Source of the DNA: Phoronis australis
Taxonomy: Eukaryota; Animalia; Phoronida
Direction of reading: 5' to 3'
Assembly (NCBI GenBank): GCA_002633005.1
Contig: NMRA01000322.1
Location: 1-64,000 of the forward strand
DNA length: 64,000 nucleotides
Below the pieces are notes generated by a model. It did not search any database and was not told the DNA's origin. It saw only the letters and a list, made by a program, of their open reading frames with translations. Below are positions 54,301-64,000 of this stretch, one piece after another. Every line of letters starts with the position of its first letter. Within the stretch, counting starts at the first letter, position 1. The position numbers were made by a program, and so were the translations under genes.

Positions 54301-55337
54301 AGTCAATCACTGACGTATGGCTTAAAAATCAGACTATTGTTTCGAGCCTTAGCACTTCGTTTTGGATGAGCAGTTTGGATTCAAGCGAACACTAACGAAT
54401 TTGCTAATGCATTTGAATCTCAATTTTTTTACGAAATCCTGGTTGTAATAGTCTGCTGTGGTCCACACGTTAGGTAAAAAAAGCCTTTGAGAACCTTTTT
54501 GGATTTCCGAATAGATATGCATTGCACGTATCATTGTTCAATTCACGTGATCTACTCAAGGAATTTTTTCAATTTTAAAGTCATCAACGAACTTTCCAAT
54601 GTCACTCATCTGACTGCCTCACAAAGGAAGCTAGATGACGTAAGGAAAGGGCAACCCCGTAAAAGTTTACTACAATGTAATGACGTGCCCATATTGTACT
54701 TCGGTAGGCAGCAATACCAATGCTACAGCCAATAACACGAATCGTACGCCAGAACCACTGAATCGACCGCTCGAACTACAACACCATATACATACAGTAG
54801 TTACACGGACGAAGATCACGCTTATACGAACTGCAATAATAATTTGTTCGAATGTATGATATTTGCTATTACAAATGACGTGATTCGTACGGTGTACGTA
54901 TGATTCAATGGTTCGAGTAGTTAATTCAGTGGCTTGGCATATGATTTGAAGTTCGTGCGTATGATTGCCTGGCATTCTGGTGTACTGTACATATATATTG
55001 CCATTGTGTAACACAGCTGTGCACGCACGGTCTTCATAACAGTAACTCGGAAACAGGGAACGGTTCTACAGTAGATGTCGGTGTGATAAATGATTGAGAG
55101 ATGACATACAATGATAACAAAATAAACTCTCTTTGATTCCCTTTTGTACTGATCAAAATTGTGAAACTATTTCATTTCAAAACTGTTATAGCTATTCGTA
55201 AAATGTACAACACTGATCTGTAAAAGTTAATTATTACCATAACAAAAAACTATTTTCCTCAACCGTTTAGGTGTTCCACTGATACCTGTCATAACCTGCA
55301 TAGCCATGGGAACATCGCATTACCAAACAGCTGAAAA
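20648..55337 (+). CDS. Adhesion GPCR (family B2), partial model: 2 cadherin-like, FN3, 2 EGF, HormR, GAIN/GPS, 7TM (TM1-4 found)
   Basis: Exons 20648-21331, 23851-24001, 25029-25249, 29320-29451, 30453-30646, 31020-31163, 32329-32411, 35316-35472, 37975-38193, 45173-45212, 49960-50057, 50585-50709, 51226-51491 and 55271-55337. All are AG/GT bounded, phase-compatible and stop-free (2581 nt). GPS reads CVYWD..WSSDG..CCSKHL|TSFSMLL. Confidence 0.9.
23851..24001 (+). CDS. aGPCR exon: FN3-like N-terminal half
   Basis: VRQISTTTLPNGTLVCFHPPQYGRTPYYSLQYRKLGS. Phase 1 to 2. Not present in the supplied ORF track in this frame. Confidence 0.8.
24035..24268. mobile_element. Fold-back (hairpin) MITE
   Basis: About 80 bp of near-perfect inverted arms (taacagctt..cttattcttattaaaatgacataggcaaaaa.ttgaattt.gggcgtcaaaagcgg and its complement). 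A related half copy lies at about 25396-25520. Confidence 0.85.
25029..25249 (+). CDS. aGPCR exon: FN3 C-terminal half + EGF1
   Basis: SAYKITIWAHDGNRNG followed by CQHNTCRNQGTCYDSWDSFHCVCAPGYAG. Confidence 0.9.
26308..26465. mobile_element. Family A MITE (CAGGGGCGGATCCAGG...), 5-bp TSD
   Basis: CAG...CTG termini with a perfect flanking duplication gcctt/gcctt. Confidence 0.85.
27925..28087. mobile_element. Family A MITE copy
   Basis: Aligns to the 26308 copy. Flanks ctatc/ctatt. Confidence 0.8.
29320..29451 (+). CDS. aGPCR exon: end of EGF1 + EGF2
   Basis: RRCNVSACDTITCLNNGTCSVSRSGRPLCACLRGYSGLFCGTR. Bounded by cAG and GTAAGT. Confidence 0.9.
29865..30150 (-). mobile_element. Restriction-like endonuclease (RLE) fragment of an R2-group, HERO-like non-LTR retrotransposon
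   Basis: Minus-strand translation across frameshifts: FIRA..SVLDTARDWKLTVDL..FP..PD..MVPLELAVPWEER..WRVRVFPVEVGYKGFV. The probable 3' UTR extends to about 29560. Confidence 0.75.
30453..30646 (+). CDS. aGPCR exon: hormone-receptor (HormR) domain
   Basis: TCHS..FKWSTA..IKCP..GYITRECK..FWSTVSGKC matches the C-W-CP-G-RxC-W-C pattern. Confidence 0.9.
31020..31163 (+). CDS. aGPCR exon: GAIN subdomain A
   Basis: VLSVARALTGL..DILRTINIVEEA, helical character, phase 0/0. Confidence 0.85.
32329..32411 (+). CDS. aGPCR exon: GAIN subdomain A
   Basis: VARAMVDVVDDMMNVD..NNTGNR, phase 0 to 2. Confidence 0.85.
33192..33236 (-). ncRNA. Degenerate minimal type I hammerhead ribozyme (Penelope-type)
   Basis: Minus strand reads ctt CTGATGA t t gtgt-loop-acac c GAAA tat GTC aag. 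The core boxes, the GUC site and a 3-bp stem I are present. Stem II closing pair and stem III each carry a mismatch. Confidence 0.55.
33896..34046. mobile_element. Family A MITE copy (opposite orientation)
   Basis: cagtggcgg...gatccgcccttg, flanks tagaa/tagat. Confidence 0.8.
34685..34845 (+). mobile_element. Penelope-like GIY-YIG endonuclease C-terminal fragment, decayed
   Basis: Across frameshifts: YKHL..EC.AEYPVSNFSILDT..ILKLKE..I..PSLN..VHH. Confidence 0.6.
35316..35472 (+). CDS. aGPCR exon: GAIN A/B junction
   Basis: VRKIVEYFCQNL..MKNFRVKVQNV, phase 2 to 0. Confidence 0.85.
36912..37526. repeat. 34-bp minisatellite, about 18 copies
   Basis: Unit gacaagaataatcatgatgatatgactgaagg(g/a)t, seen directly. 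Confidence 0.95.
37975..38193 (+). CDS. aGPCR exon: GAIN subdomain B
   Basis: ITIPKEAL..RISFVYYINSNLF..VITGSIGG..VDGLNGCVTYIL. Confidence 0.9.
38421..44455 (-). mobile_element. Academ (AcademX-type) DNA transposon, full length, about 6.0 kb
   Basis: Termini TAGCTGGGCA...TGCCCAGCTA, about 170 bp imperfect TIRs, and a 3-bp TSD CGT (38418-20 / 44456-58). The encoded transposase + XPG-like nuclease + Cys-rich C-terminus is the known Academ layout. Confidence 0.88.
38939..43396 (-). pseudogene. Academ transposase-XPG nuclease-Cys8 finger ORF, frameshifted (about 1480 codons)
   Basis: ORF pieces 43396-43031, 43001-42201, 42003-41467 and 41383-38939. Motifs WDKCCLCQ, KYHPAC, DNIDHN, DQPL, GGLHIEM, DQAHEQ; XPG/FEN-like IIDG, VFDVY, HEEADTR, DTDV, FTGCD; terminal CCCKKGCTRRCKC..CTALCSC. 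Confidence 0.9.
45173..45212 (+). CDS. aGPCR 40-nt micro-exon: GPS CxYW
   Basis: AGRRYTCVYWDEY. Bounded by ttttAG and GTACGT. Confidence 0.9.
47351..47539 (-). pseudogene. THAP-type (C2CH) zinc-finger relic inside the second Academ-like element
   Basis: MCC..CAN..ISFFR..LRNWFPAV..SLRVCDRHF matches the THAP C..C..W..CxxHF pattern. The conserved FP is missing. Confidence 0.6.
48028..48174. mobile_element. Family B MITE nested in the second Academ-like element
   Basis: catgggcggcgca...tgcgccgcccatg TIR, flanks ccaga/cctga. Confidence 0.8.
49960..50057 (+). CDS. aGPCR exon: GPS cleavage site and Stachel
   Basis: GRWSSDGVKSLTTGGVTTTCCSKHL|TSFSMLL. Confidence 0.92.
50585..50709 (+). CDS. aGPCR exon: TM1
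   Basis: ILTVLSYCGCSLSMLGLMMTLITYMLFR. Confidence 0.92.
51226..51491 (+). CDS. aGPCR exon: TM2, TM3, start of TM4
   Basis: QILVQLCASMLL..CIAAGVAVHFFVLSTFLWMAAEAYNMY..CAFAWG. Confidence 0.93.
51598..51669. mobile_element. Family B MITE, short copy
   Basis: catgggcggtgca...tgcgccgcctatg. No TSD visible. Confidence 0.65.
52135..53294 (-). pseudogene. Spliced relic resembling P2X7 C-terminal (ballast/ZCD-like) transposon accessory genes
   Basis: Acidic exon ending VEPFSLDP..LRQNVSDW|GTAAG (53294-53020), then GHSQALSSPLMNR (like CxCGHCxxMxxxxExxCC with the cysteines lost), then LSLPHSVRRAI..YDGNG (like IPxCVxxxIRxxFP..DG). Degenerate. Confidence 0.4.
55271..55337 (+). CDS. aGPCR exon: end of TM4 / ECL2
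   Basis: (G)VPLIPVITCIAMGTSHYQTAE. Bounded by tttAG and GTGAGT; completes the WGVP motif. Confidence 0.88.
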
Positions 55338-56944
55338 GTGAGTATTGTTTTCTTAAAAATATTTTATCGTTTAGGTCGTAAATGAGTTGTGATTCCTATG
55401 GTAGACTGCACTACGTCGCCGACGTTAATTCCAGTTTTAGACTTAAATAGCTAGGCTACCTTCGTAATCAAGGATTTCAGATCACACAGTGGAGTGCTGT
55501 GATCGTCAATAATGGACCTAGTAAACAGTTATGTAAGACATTTTATTCTTAATTTGATCCTTAATCCCATGGTATAATATGAGCGAGAAAGGTGATTTTC
55601 TGAGATGAGCGTAAGCGCAGAATCAAGCTTGCCTGGCCCACACGGTCGCAACGTGAATCTTTCCTGGGCGAGCTACATGGAAATTCTATTCAATAAACGC
55701 GATATTGATTTATTAGTGTAAACAGATAAAATCTATGATCTGATCTTTGGCAATTTATAATGAAATCTAGTCATAAGCAAGAGCGCGACTCAGTAATCAG
55801 AGGTAAAACAGGTGAAAATAGGTGATTGGAAAGTGAGCAGGAACAGAACCTGTAAGATTTTGTCAAGAAAGTAATAAACATAAGCTAGATCTGCTGAACA
55901 AGAGGTAGGAGCAAAAATGGGGAGCGATCCTCAACCAAGAGGCTGGGAGCGGAGATAGCTTTCTTTCCCCAATATTCCAGGTGTTAATATCAATTAATAA
56001 ACAGTGAATTATTAAGACTTTCAGCGCATAAACTTTTGTTTTAAAGTATGACTGAAAAAATAACAGACTCTTAACCCCCAACCATCAAATATTTCCTTGT
56101 ACGTCAATGTCCAAAAACTGCGCTCTTACCCCATCCAAACAGTTTGTTTCGAAAATTCACACCGCACGACATTGTACATTCAAGCAGGGGGGTCTGTGCC
56201 CAGTTACATGAAACGGTCCCAAATATCGACTCAACAGCGCCAGATCTAGGATTTTTTAAGAAGGGTGGCCCAAGTTGAAAATTGTAGCTTTGACATCACT
56301 AAAATCGAGGAAAAATGGGGAATCCGAACCCTTTGACAAAGGATCTGCCTGTGCTTAACTGTGTTGCTTAACTTTTTTGCTTATTTGTTTTCGTTCTTTA
56401 CTCACATTTTTTATATTTTTGTTATTTCATCTTTATTATGAGCTCCTCTTTTGACTTGTGAAGCTTTCTAATAATGTAACTAAAACCTGAGCCTTTAATT
56501 CAGTCAAAATATTTAGGGACTCAGTCTTTAAATTAGGCGCGTTGCATGAAACATCCCTAGTTATCTTCGATTGCATTGAGGATTCAACGTAGAAAACTCA
56601 CAAATAAGCAGTAGTCTTAAGTGAAAAACCGGACAATCGCCACACAAATAAAAAAATTCATGTTCAATTCAACGTTTCGTCTATTCATTAGACATCATCT
56701 GGATCATATTGACAACAATTTAGAACAAGAAGTGCCAACATACAGCTCAGGTAACATCCATAAAGTAAAGTGTAAGATACAGGGAATATGGTCAGTAGCT
56801 GGTCATCACCATAGTTGCAGGGTCACTGAGCTCTACATGTTATTCAGAGAATCAGTGGCATACTGGTTCTGAATGACCAATGACTCTTTATTTGTGCGGC
56901 AATCGTCCGGTTTTTAATCTTATTGTGGCCGTAAACTGATTTAA

Positions 56945-58115
56945 TTAGTGGAGTCGCTATTTGGGACTGATTCACTGGACCCCCGGCATCCGTGCCCGAT
57001 GGTCTATGATATGGGTAGCGAATTGAGGTGGGTTGTGGTGAATGAAATTGGATTCAAAAGGGGTAGGGGTTGAAAACCAGCAAGAAATGGAATTCGTGCC
57101 TGGAGCGCAAGAAACCTGCCTTGTATGCCCACATAAAACAGCCTCTCATAAACCATTCACATTTTTTAAAATCAACTATCAACAATTAGTTAAAGCATAT
57201 TCAGCCTACATTGGAAGGTAAAAGTGGCCAACTTCAAAGTGAATAACATGAAGATACCTTATTTCCTGACTTGATGTTTTAAGACCGGTGCCAAAACAAA
57301 AATCTAAACAAACGACATCACCACTGAGCCTGGGTGTAACAGAGTTCCCAACGTAGTACAAATACTACCAAAGTAACTACCGATGTAAGACTCAATGTGC
57401 TTTTAAAAGAACACTTCCTTAGACACTTCTTATGAAAAATTATTATGCAGGTTACCAAACCATACAATTATTATTAATTATGCACTGAAATCCATACCAT
57501 GATCATCTGATTTAGATTATTGACCAACGACAGCCATGTTGGCTGCATGAGATCACCAGAAATAATTTAAATAAGTAACAGCGGATAAATATTAAACAAT
57601 GAATAAATAAGTAAATATAAATAAATAAATTATAACAAATCAAGAATAAAGAATAGGTAAAAACAAATATTTGATAATATAACAATTATAAATTAATAAA
57701 TAAATAGTATAGTAAATATTATTATCTTAGATCTGAATGTATTAAACTGCAGAAAGAAATGAAATGAAAGAAAGTAAGTAGAAGCATCAATGGGAATAGA
57801 ATAAACTAATCAGTCGTTCCCAAAATGATGCAAACAATTTACCATAATTTTCTACATAAGCGATCAAATTGAGTTCAAATCGCCCAGTTCATCACTGGTT
57901 AACTGGCAGCAGTCACGTAATCATCCTTTTAATTTGTTTCAATCGGGAACATCATCTTTCGTAATCAGTCGGGAAGCAAAAAAGCGTAAGTCACGAATTT
58001 TCAATTAATAGTTGCTGCAGCGGCAGACATTGCAAAGCGCACCATTGCTTTTTACCGACTGGAACCGTCATACATGTATCTTGCCATATTTGCTTATTGC
58101 ACACACGCCCTCTAG
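56945..58115 (-). repeat. ~1.2 kb dispersed repeat, copy B (inverted relative to 2016-3228)
   Basis: Same matches as copy A. Collinear along the whole length, including the AT-rich core. Confidence 0.9.
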
Positions 58116-60231
58116 ACGTCTCTACGGTCCATGAAACAGCAATGGCCTCCAGTGGCCGTCCAGTGCGATTTCGCTTGCTGGTTTGTTTCCCTCTCTACGG
58201 ACTCTGGTATCACTCCGGTTAAGGAGAAAACAGTGATTTTAAGTGCGCAAACACACGCACCTTAAACGAAACAACGACCTCATTTGACCAACTAGTCGTG
58301 AATAAGTCGAGCTATAGTAAACATATTACTACGCCAAACACGGAAATCATAACCTCATGATCCTGTTGTATTTTGTCAATATAAACAAATAAATTAGTTA
58401 TTAGGTATAGAAAGTTTTGTATTACGATATCCTTTTGTTAATTCAATGAAATTTTACAAAGTTTTTCTCTTCTTTAACCCAACGCTTGTTCTGATCGTCT
58501 GCTCAACCTAATGCCTGTCCGGTAGTCCAAGTAGCAGAAGATTAATGGAAATGCGCGTCTTAAAATAGTTCATGTGATATGTACGCCTTCGTTTAAATCG
58601 GCTTCCATATCACGTACCTCCATACTATCACGTACGTTATACAACATAAATTTCTCCCGCCTGGCCTAACACTCTCCAAATGGAGGGTCCAACTCTCCAA
58701 GAAATAACAATTTTCAACATCCATGGTGCTTGTTAATTAGTGTGTTCAAGCGTAATAACTAGCAGTGTTTTGAACAGCCGTGATTTGTCGTTTTCATTCT
58801 TTTGCCGGGCTGTTTTCATTGGACAAAGGAGACAAAGACAATAGATTTTGATGATTGCAATACGATAATTATTGTGTAAATTAGCGTCAACGTGGTTGTG
58901 TAGAAGCCTTGTGGTTGGAGCACTAAATTATCAGAGAGATATCCTTAACGGACAGCGAAATGAACGGTACGTGACGCTGTTGTCATCTTAGTAAGGTAGC
59001 GTTGATGCATCATGTGCAGGCTAAGATTTTTTAATGTGACAATTTGGGAGCATTTTTATGCGCTAATTGACATAAAACTTATTTCCTATTCGACTGGAGA
59101 TTATTCTAGAAAATATAAGCACCTATTAGCTATGACACTGCTCTTTGATTGTTGACGATAACAGTGGCCCCAGGCAATAACTTTGATGGGACTGAAGTTG
59201 ACCGTTCATACTGCCCCGCAGCGTCGACGCGCCACTGTTAAATCCACCTGTTTGCTGCGAAGTTAACTGGCAAAGTTAACCAGGACCGAAGTTATCTGTT
59301 CATACTAACCGCAACTCCCCAAATCATCGACGCGTCGACGTTAGTGTGAAAGGATGTATCAAACATCCAGTTTGATTTTAGTTTGTTTGGAGAAAAACGA
59401 TATGTCTAAACTGGACCTTAAATAGTATGAGTAGCTTGGTGTTCTATGACATCAACGTAATATACATGTACATTGAGTATACACAATCTTCAAGGAATCC
59501 ACCTGCGCTTGCTGTCACAGTTTTTTAAAATATCTAATTGATCTTGTCTAGTCGTTTATAGATATTAGAATTGACGTTTTTGTGTAACAAAAGTACCTGA
59601 CTTATCTGAAATAATCTGATGGCTTTCTCCTTTGCACTTATGTACAACTTATACCAACCGAATAAGGATTTAAGCTGGTGTCAAAAAGATCGGGATCGCA
59701 CGACTCACCCCCGAAGTTCGTCGCGGGGGATCCGATTGATGCGACCTTCGTACGAAGTACGTACGTAATTCACGCGTCCTAACAGTCATATATCGCTTCA
59801 AAATGTGGATTTAGCTTTCAAAGTTGAATGTCTAAGACGACTGTTGATCACACTTTACATCGTCTCACTCCAACACCATCGGGAGGATAACACGTATTTC
59901 GTCAGCTGGAACATTAATGGTGGCTATAATATCTTACAACTATATAATTACATGTACGCCCTTGTTGGGTACATTAAGCGACTGATTGGTCATTGATCTT
60001 CAAGAGATAATTTCATGCCTCCGTAAAATGTTGTTTAGACTTGACGCTCTACATGGATATATAAATGGCTTGTTTCTATAGACAGGTTCGAGTAGTTGTT
60101 AACTCGTTCAGTTTAACAGAATAAAAAATATCTGTTAGAGTTGATTCAACGAGAAATTCATTGTATAATTGCTGACGAGGAAACGGTCTCGTTTCAACTG
60201 AAATTTTGGGAGTACGTTTGAAGGATAAAAG

Positions 60232-60335
60232 AGGAGGCAGTGGGACTTAGTGTGATAGGTGCCCGCTTTTTTACTCGAGGTCGTGGGTTCGAGTCCCGCC
60301 GCTGGCTCTTACTGCTAAGCCCTTGAATCAGGTTT
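60232..60335 (+). mobile_element. tRNA-derived SINE head
   Basis: B box GGTTCGAGTCC at 60286-60296, a degenerate A box upstream, then a cccttga..agg body motif. No acceptor stem. Confidence 0.65.
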
Positions 60336-63300
60336 CTAGCTTCTCAGCTCGGTTTTAAGTATATATAAGCACAAAACTGGTTCCANNNNNNNNNNNNNNN
60401 NNNNNNNNNNNNNNNNNNNNNNNNNNNNNNNNNNNNNNNNNNNNNNNNNNNNNNNNNNNNNNNNNNNNNNNNNNNNNNNNNNNNNNNNNNNNNNNGAACA
60501 CGTGACCATGAAAATGATGGTGCTATTCACGTGAGGCAAGGTGGTGAAAATTTGAGTGACAATCTGAGTGATCTGGTGCCTACATTACTCAATCCTTCAC
60601 ATTTCAACTGAATACACTGAAATGTTTGTATTTGTTGGCGAGACACAGTGGCGGATTTTGAGGGGGGCAAGATGCCATGCCCCCCCCCTAAAATTATTAT
60701 GGAAATAAGAAAGTACGTTATCTAGTTTTTGAAATTAGGCACATTCTCGTGTCTCTCATTAATGTTGGGAAGGCAAAGAATTTTAGATCACGCATCCACG
60801 GGTATTTGTCCAGTTTATAAAACTTTTTCACGTCGGCGTTGCAGCCCTCAACACTTAATACTTCGTTAGCGTAGGAAGAACGAATAGAGTAATGCAACCG
60901 AGAAAAACTTGTTAAGAATCAGACAACAACAACAAATAACGTGTGAAACTCCAGTGGCTCAAAAATAAGGCAGCAAATGTGCCTGACGAATGTTTACGGC
61001 ATTGTGGGTAAATACTACCGAGATTCGAGTGTCACTGTATAATCCGGGACGGCCCTATTGCCATGTAGCTTAACACTAAGCGTACATGCACGGTACCGAC
61101 GTTATCACGTTGCTCCTGGATGGTCACGTTCTCCTGAATGGTCACGTGCTACTAGCATGGTTAAATACTTGGTGGTTAACGATACAGTCCTGACATGGTA
61201 CGATACATTCTTGGTGAGTTTTAATGTATTTATGTATGAGTATGAAAAGTCCTGGTTAATATTTTTTGTCTCGATATGAAGTTGAAATGCTGGATTTGGA
61301 TCGTTTTGGACTTTTGTTTTAATTGACCTATCGCCAGGATTTTGAGTGACGGCTTAACTGACCATTTAGAACTCATCATTCGTGACACACCTTCGTTTCC
61401 AAGCCGCCATTTTACCCGACAAACAAAACGTTGCCGGGTAAAACTTGTTGTTTGTTAGTCGACATGACGCAAGGGGGCGGAGCATGCGATAGGTCAATTC
61501 TGGCATAGAAAAAGTGTTTTCCCTTTTGCCGTTGCATAAAAATCACACAATGGCTACAATGGCAGTGAACTTTAACATGATACTGATTGCTTGAAGCAGT
61601 GTATATAGGCATATCGAATAGCAAATACAAGACCCCGGTATGATAGTTATTCAAAAATCTTCAGGGGCAATTGTGTGCAAGTGACTGTGGGCATTAAGCG
61701 ACTGGGTACAGTAATATAAGACAATCAAACACTCGATGACACCGTTTGCTAACAACTGCACCTCAACAAGTATTTATATAGGGGTATTGATTGGTATCAC
61801 AAAATGGCCACTAATGGCGCAGAATACGTCAAAATTGTTCAAAAATAGGAAGACGTCATCGTCTCCCAAAAGGAAACCCTTGTGTCAAATTTTTGAAACT
61901 TCCGTCAAGTGACTCCAAAGATACACAGCCAAGTGTGTAAAACTGCAACTGGACTCGGCTGACAGCACGACTGTACTTTTAGTAGCGTGTACCTATCAGG
62001 ATATCAATGCCAGTCATGCTCTAGTCGATAGGAGAATCAGGCAGCATGCGTGCAGGTTAGAGTTATGGATGTCTAGTTTTGTCGTAATATACGGCGACGT
62101 TGGTCACTACCAAATTTGTCCAGCTTGTCCTTTCCTTACCGATTTTGTGCCGCCTCATTCCGTTTTGTCCCAGATTCTCCTCAGCCCCTGCTCCCTCTGC
62201 ATTTCATTGTAAAGTGCTTGGCAATCAAATTCGCTCTAATAATTGACAATAAAATAAAACATCAATTTCTTTCAAATAAATGTTACGTGTATTTGATATA
62301 AACTTAGGTATAAACAGACCTAATTCACTTTTCCAAAGAAATTAAATGTTTGGTTGGAAATGTTTGTGACACCAGATTTCAATATTAAAAGTCGTTTACA
62401 ATGTACTGTACACGATTACACTTGTGAGCATGCGCCTATAAATTAGAAATATAGAATTTTTCAAACAGACATTGCTCAAGCACTTCATAAACTTAAGTTA
62501 GAGGTGTTAATATCATTCAATTATTACTAATTTAGTGTAGCGAGACTTAAATGGGCACTGATTGTTTGCAAAGTATGCTGTGATTAGGGATTTGGATTTC
62601 TTTTTTGTTTCTGTCACTGTTTTCACGTTGCGTTGAGCGATAATGAAATGCAACTACATAGGCCTCTATATTGCAAAACGTCCATCACGACGGTGTTTTA
62701 GTGCAAGATGAACATTAAGGTGAACCTGCATCTCAACACTTACGTCTAAAATGGCAAAACTTGCTTCCAATATTACAGGATTGGACCATGTTGGCTCAGA
62801 CAAGATGATAAAAGATTTATATTTTTTGATTACATGTATATTGTTTTCACTTAAACTTAGTGAGAAAGAATGAACCCGATAACGGCATCCGGAAATTAAC
62901 GAATATTCCATTGATTGAACCTCGTGTAGATCGCGAAAATTATGCGCTTAAGAATACATGTATCCTACATGTAAATTGTGCCATTTTGAAACCCTTAGCC
63001 GAGAAATAAGAGCAGGTCTGGCGTCGGAATTGAGGAAGAGACTGGTCATAAACGTAATCCACAGAATTCGAGTATTTGTATGTTTGCTCCAAGTTAAATT
63101 CTATAATGCTCTTGTTGTTCCAATTGCCCGTCAAGTTGTTTTTCACGGTATGTATTCCCGTTAAGTTTCCCAGCTTTACGTCAGCAAGCCAAACTATACT
63201 GCTCAACATAAAACTGTAGAGCAATTATTGCTTCAGTCACTTGCCAACTTGACGTTGAACGGACATCACCTCAGTGACGATCTTCTGTACTTAGTGTGTC

Positions 63301-63706
63301 GCCCCGAACCCGGATGACTTTTCTTGTGGTATCAACCTGGCAATGTCTCTCCCTATTTACAATTACCAAGAACACAGGAATATATTCCCATTAGTGAAGA
63401 CAGATGGAGTGTTTGTAAGCAACAGAGAAAGACCTTTAGGTCATTCATTCAGCAGAACAAAACACTTATGGGATGCTAGCTGGAAGATATTACTCGAATA
63501 CGTTTACCGTGGCCGTTTCTGTTTATTACGATGAACACAACTTACCTTTTATCAAACAAAGTCAAAGTCAACTTTGTTTGTATCCGCAGGAACATTGCTC
63601 ATGGCATCTCTCTATTAAACGTAGTTCGGAGATATTGATTTTGAAACGCTGAACTCAGTTTCACCGGAGAAATTTAATGACTACTCGAACGCAAACCCAT
63701 TTGAAT

Positions 63707-64000
63707 ATGGCTTCGTTTAATGGATACACCACCAATCGGAGTTGGAACACAACCCAGGCAGAGGGTGTGGTGCACTACGTGTTTTTTGTCGTTTCATTCG
63801 TCGTTACATTTTTGATTATTGTAGCTAACGTTTTCATTATATTCGTTGTTTCCCGGCTTCCGTCCTTAAAGAATCCGTCCGGCTGTTTCATAGTCCAGTG
63901 TGCAATAGTGGACCTGATGACTGGTTTATTCATTTGTCTACCGGCAGTGCCCAGTTCGTTCTACGGTCACTGGGTGTTCGGAGAAATAGGATGCCAGGTG
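63707..64000 (+). CDS. Class A (rhodopsin-like) GPCR, 5' part (TM1, TM2, ECL1), runs off the window
   Basis: MASFNGYTTNRSWNTT (N-glycosylation sequons), TM1 LIIVANVFIIFVV, SLKNPSGCFIVQCAIVDL, ECL1 HWVFGEIGC. A 5' UTR splice acceptor lies at 63589. Confidence 0.93.
   Translation, partial: MASFNGYTTNRSWNTTQAEGVVHYVFFVVSFVVTFLIIVANVFIIFVVSRLPSLKNPSGCFIVQCAIVDLMTGLFICLPAVPSSFYGHWVFGEIGCQV

Noticed and set aside
51773-56498. Kolobok element defined by ttaaaggct / agcctttaa
   Set aside because: Only a 9-bp match, and it would enclose a host exon. Probably chance.
60232-60305. tRNA gene
   Set aside because: Only a B box/T-arm is recognisable. There is no cloverleaf, and it is followed by SINE-like body sequence.
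55337-63707. In-frame fusion of the aGPCR to the class A GPCR through the 63589 acceptor
   Set aside because: The spliced frame stops within 16 codons, and the frame of the 63707 ATG has an upstream stop.

Overview
AT-rich, intron-containing animal genomic DNA, probably from a marine invertebrate (the taxon cannot be fixed from the sequence). The main feature is a + strand adhesion GPCR that I assembled by hand from 14 phase-compatible GT-AG exons (20648-55337, about 860 codons). Its domain order is 2 cadherin-like, FN3, 2 EGF, HormR, GAIN/GPS, TM1-TM4. I could not find the signal-peptide exon or the TM5-7 exons. Its introns hold a full-length but frameshifted ~6 kb Academ (transposase + XPG nuclease + Cys-rich finger) DNA transposon, a second decayed Academ-like element with a THAP-like ORF, a P2X7-C-terminus-like relic, HERO-type and Penelope retroelement fragments (one with a degenerate minimal hammerhead ribozyme), 5-bp-TSD MITEs and a 34-bp minisatellite. 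An RTE-X-like LINE fragment lies upstream of the first recognised exon. A ~1.2 kb inverted repeat pair (about 2.0-3.2 kb and 56.9-58.1 kb) brackets the gene. A class A GPCR starts at 63707 and runs off the window. All calls come from manual reading; no searches were run.
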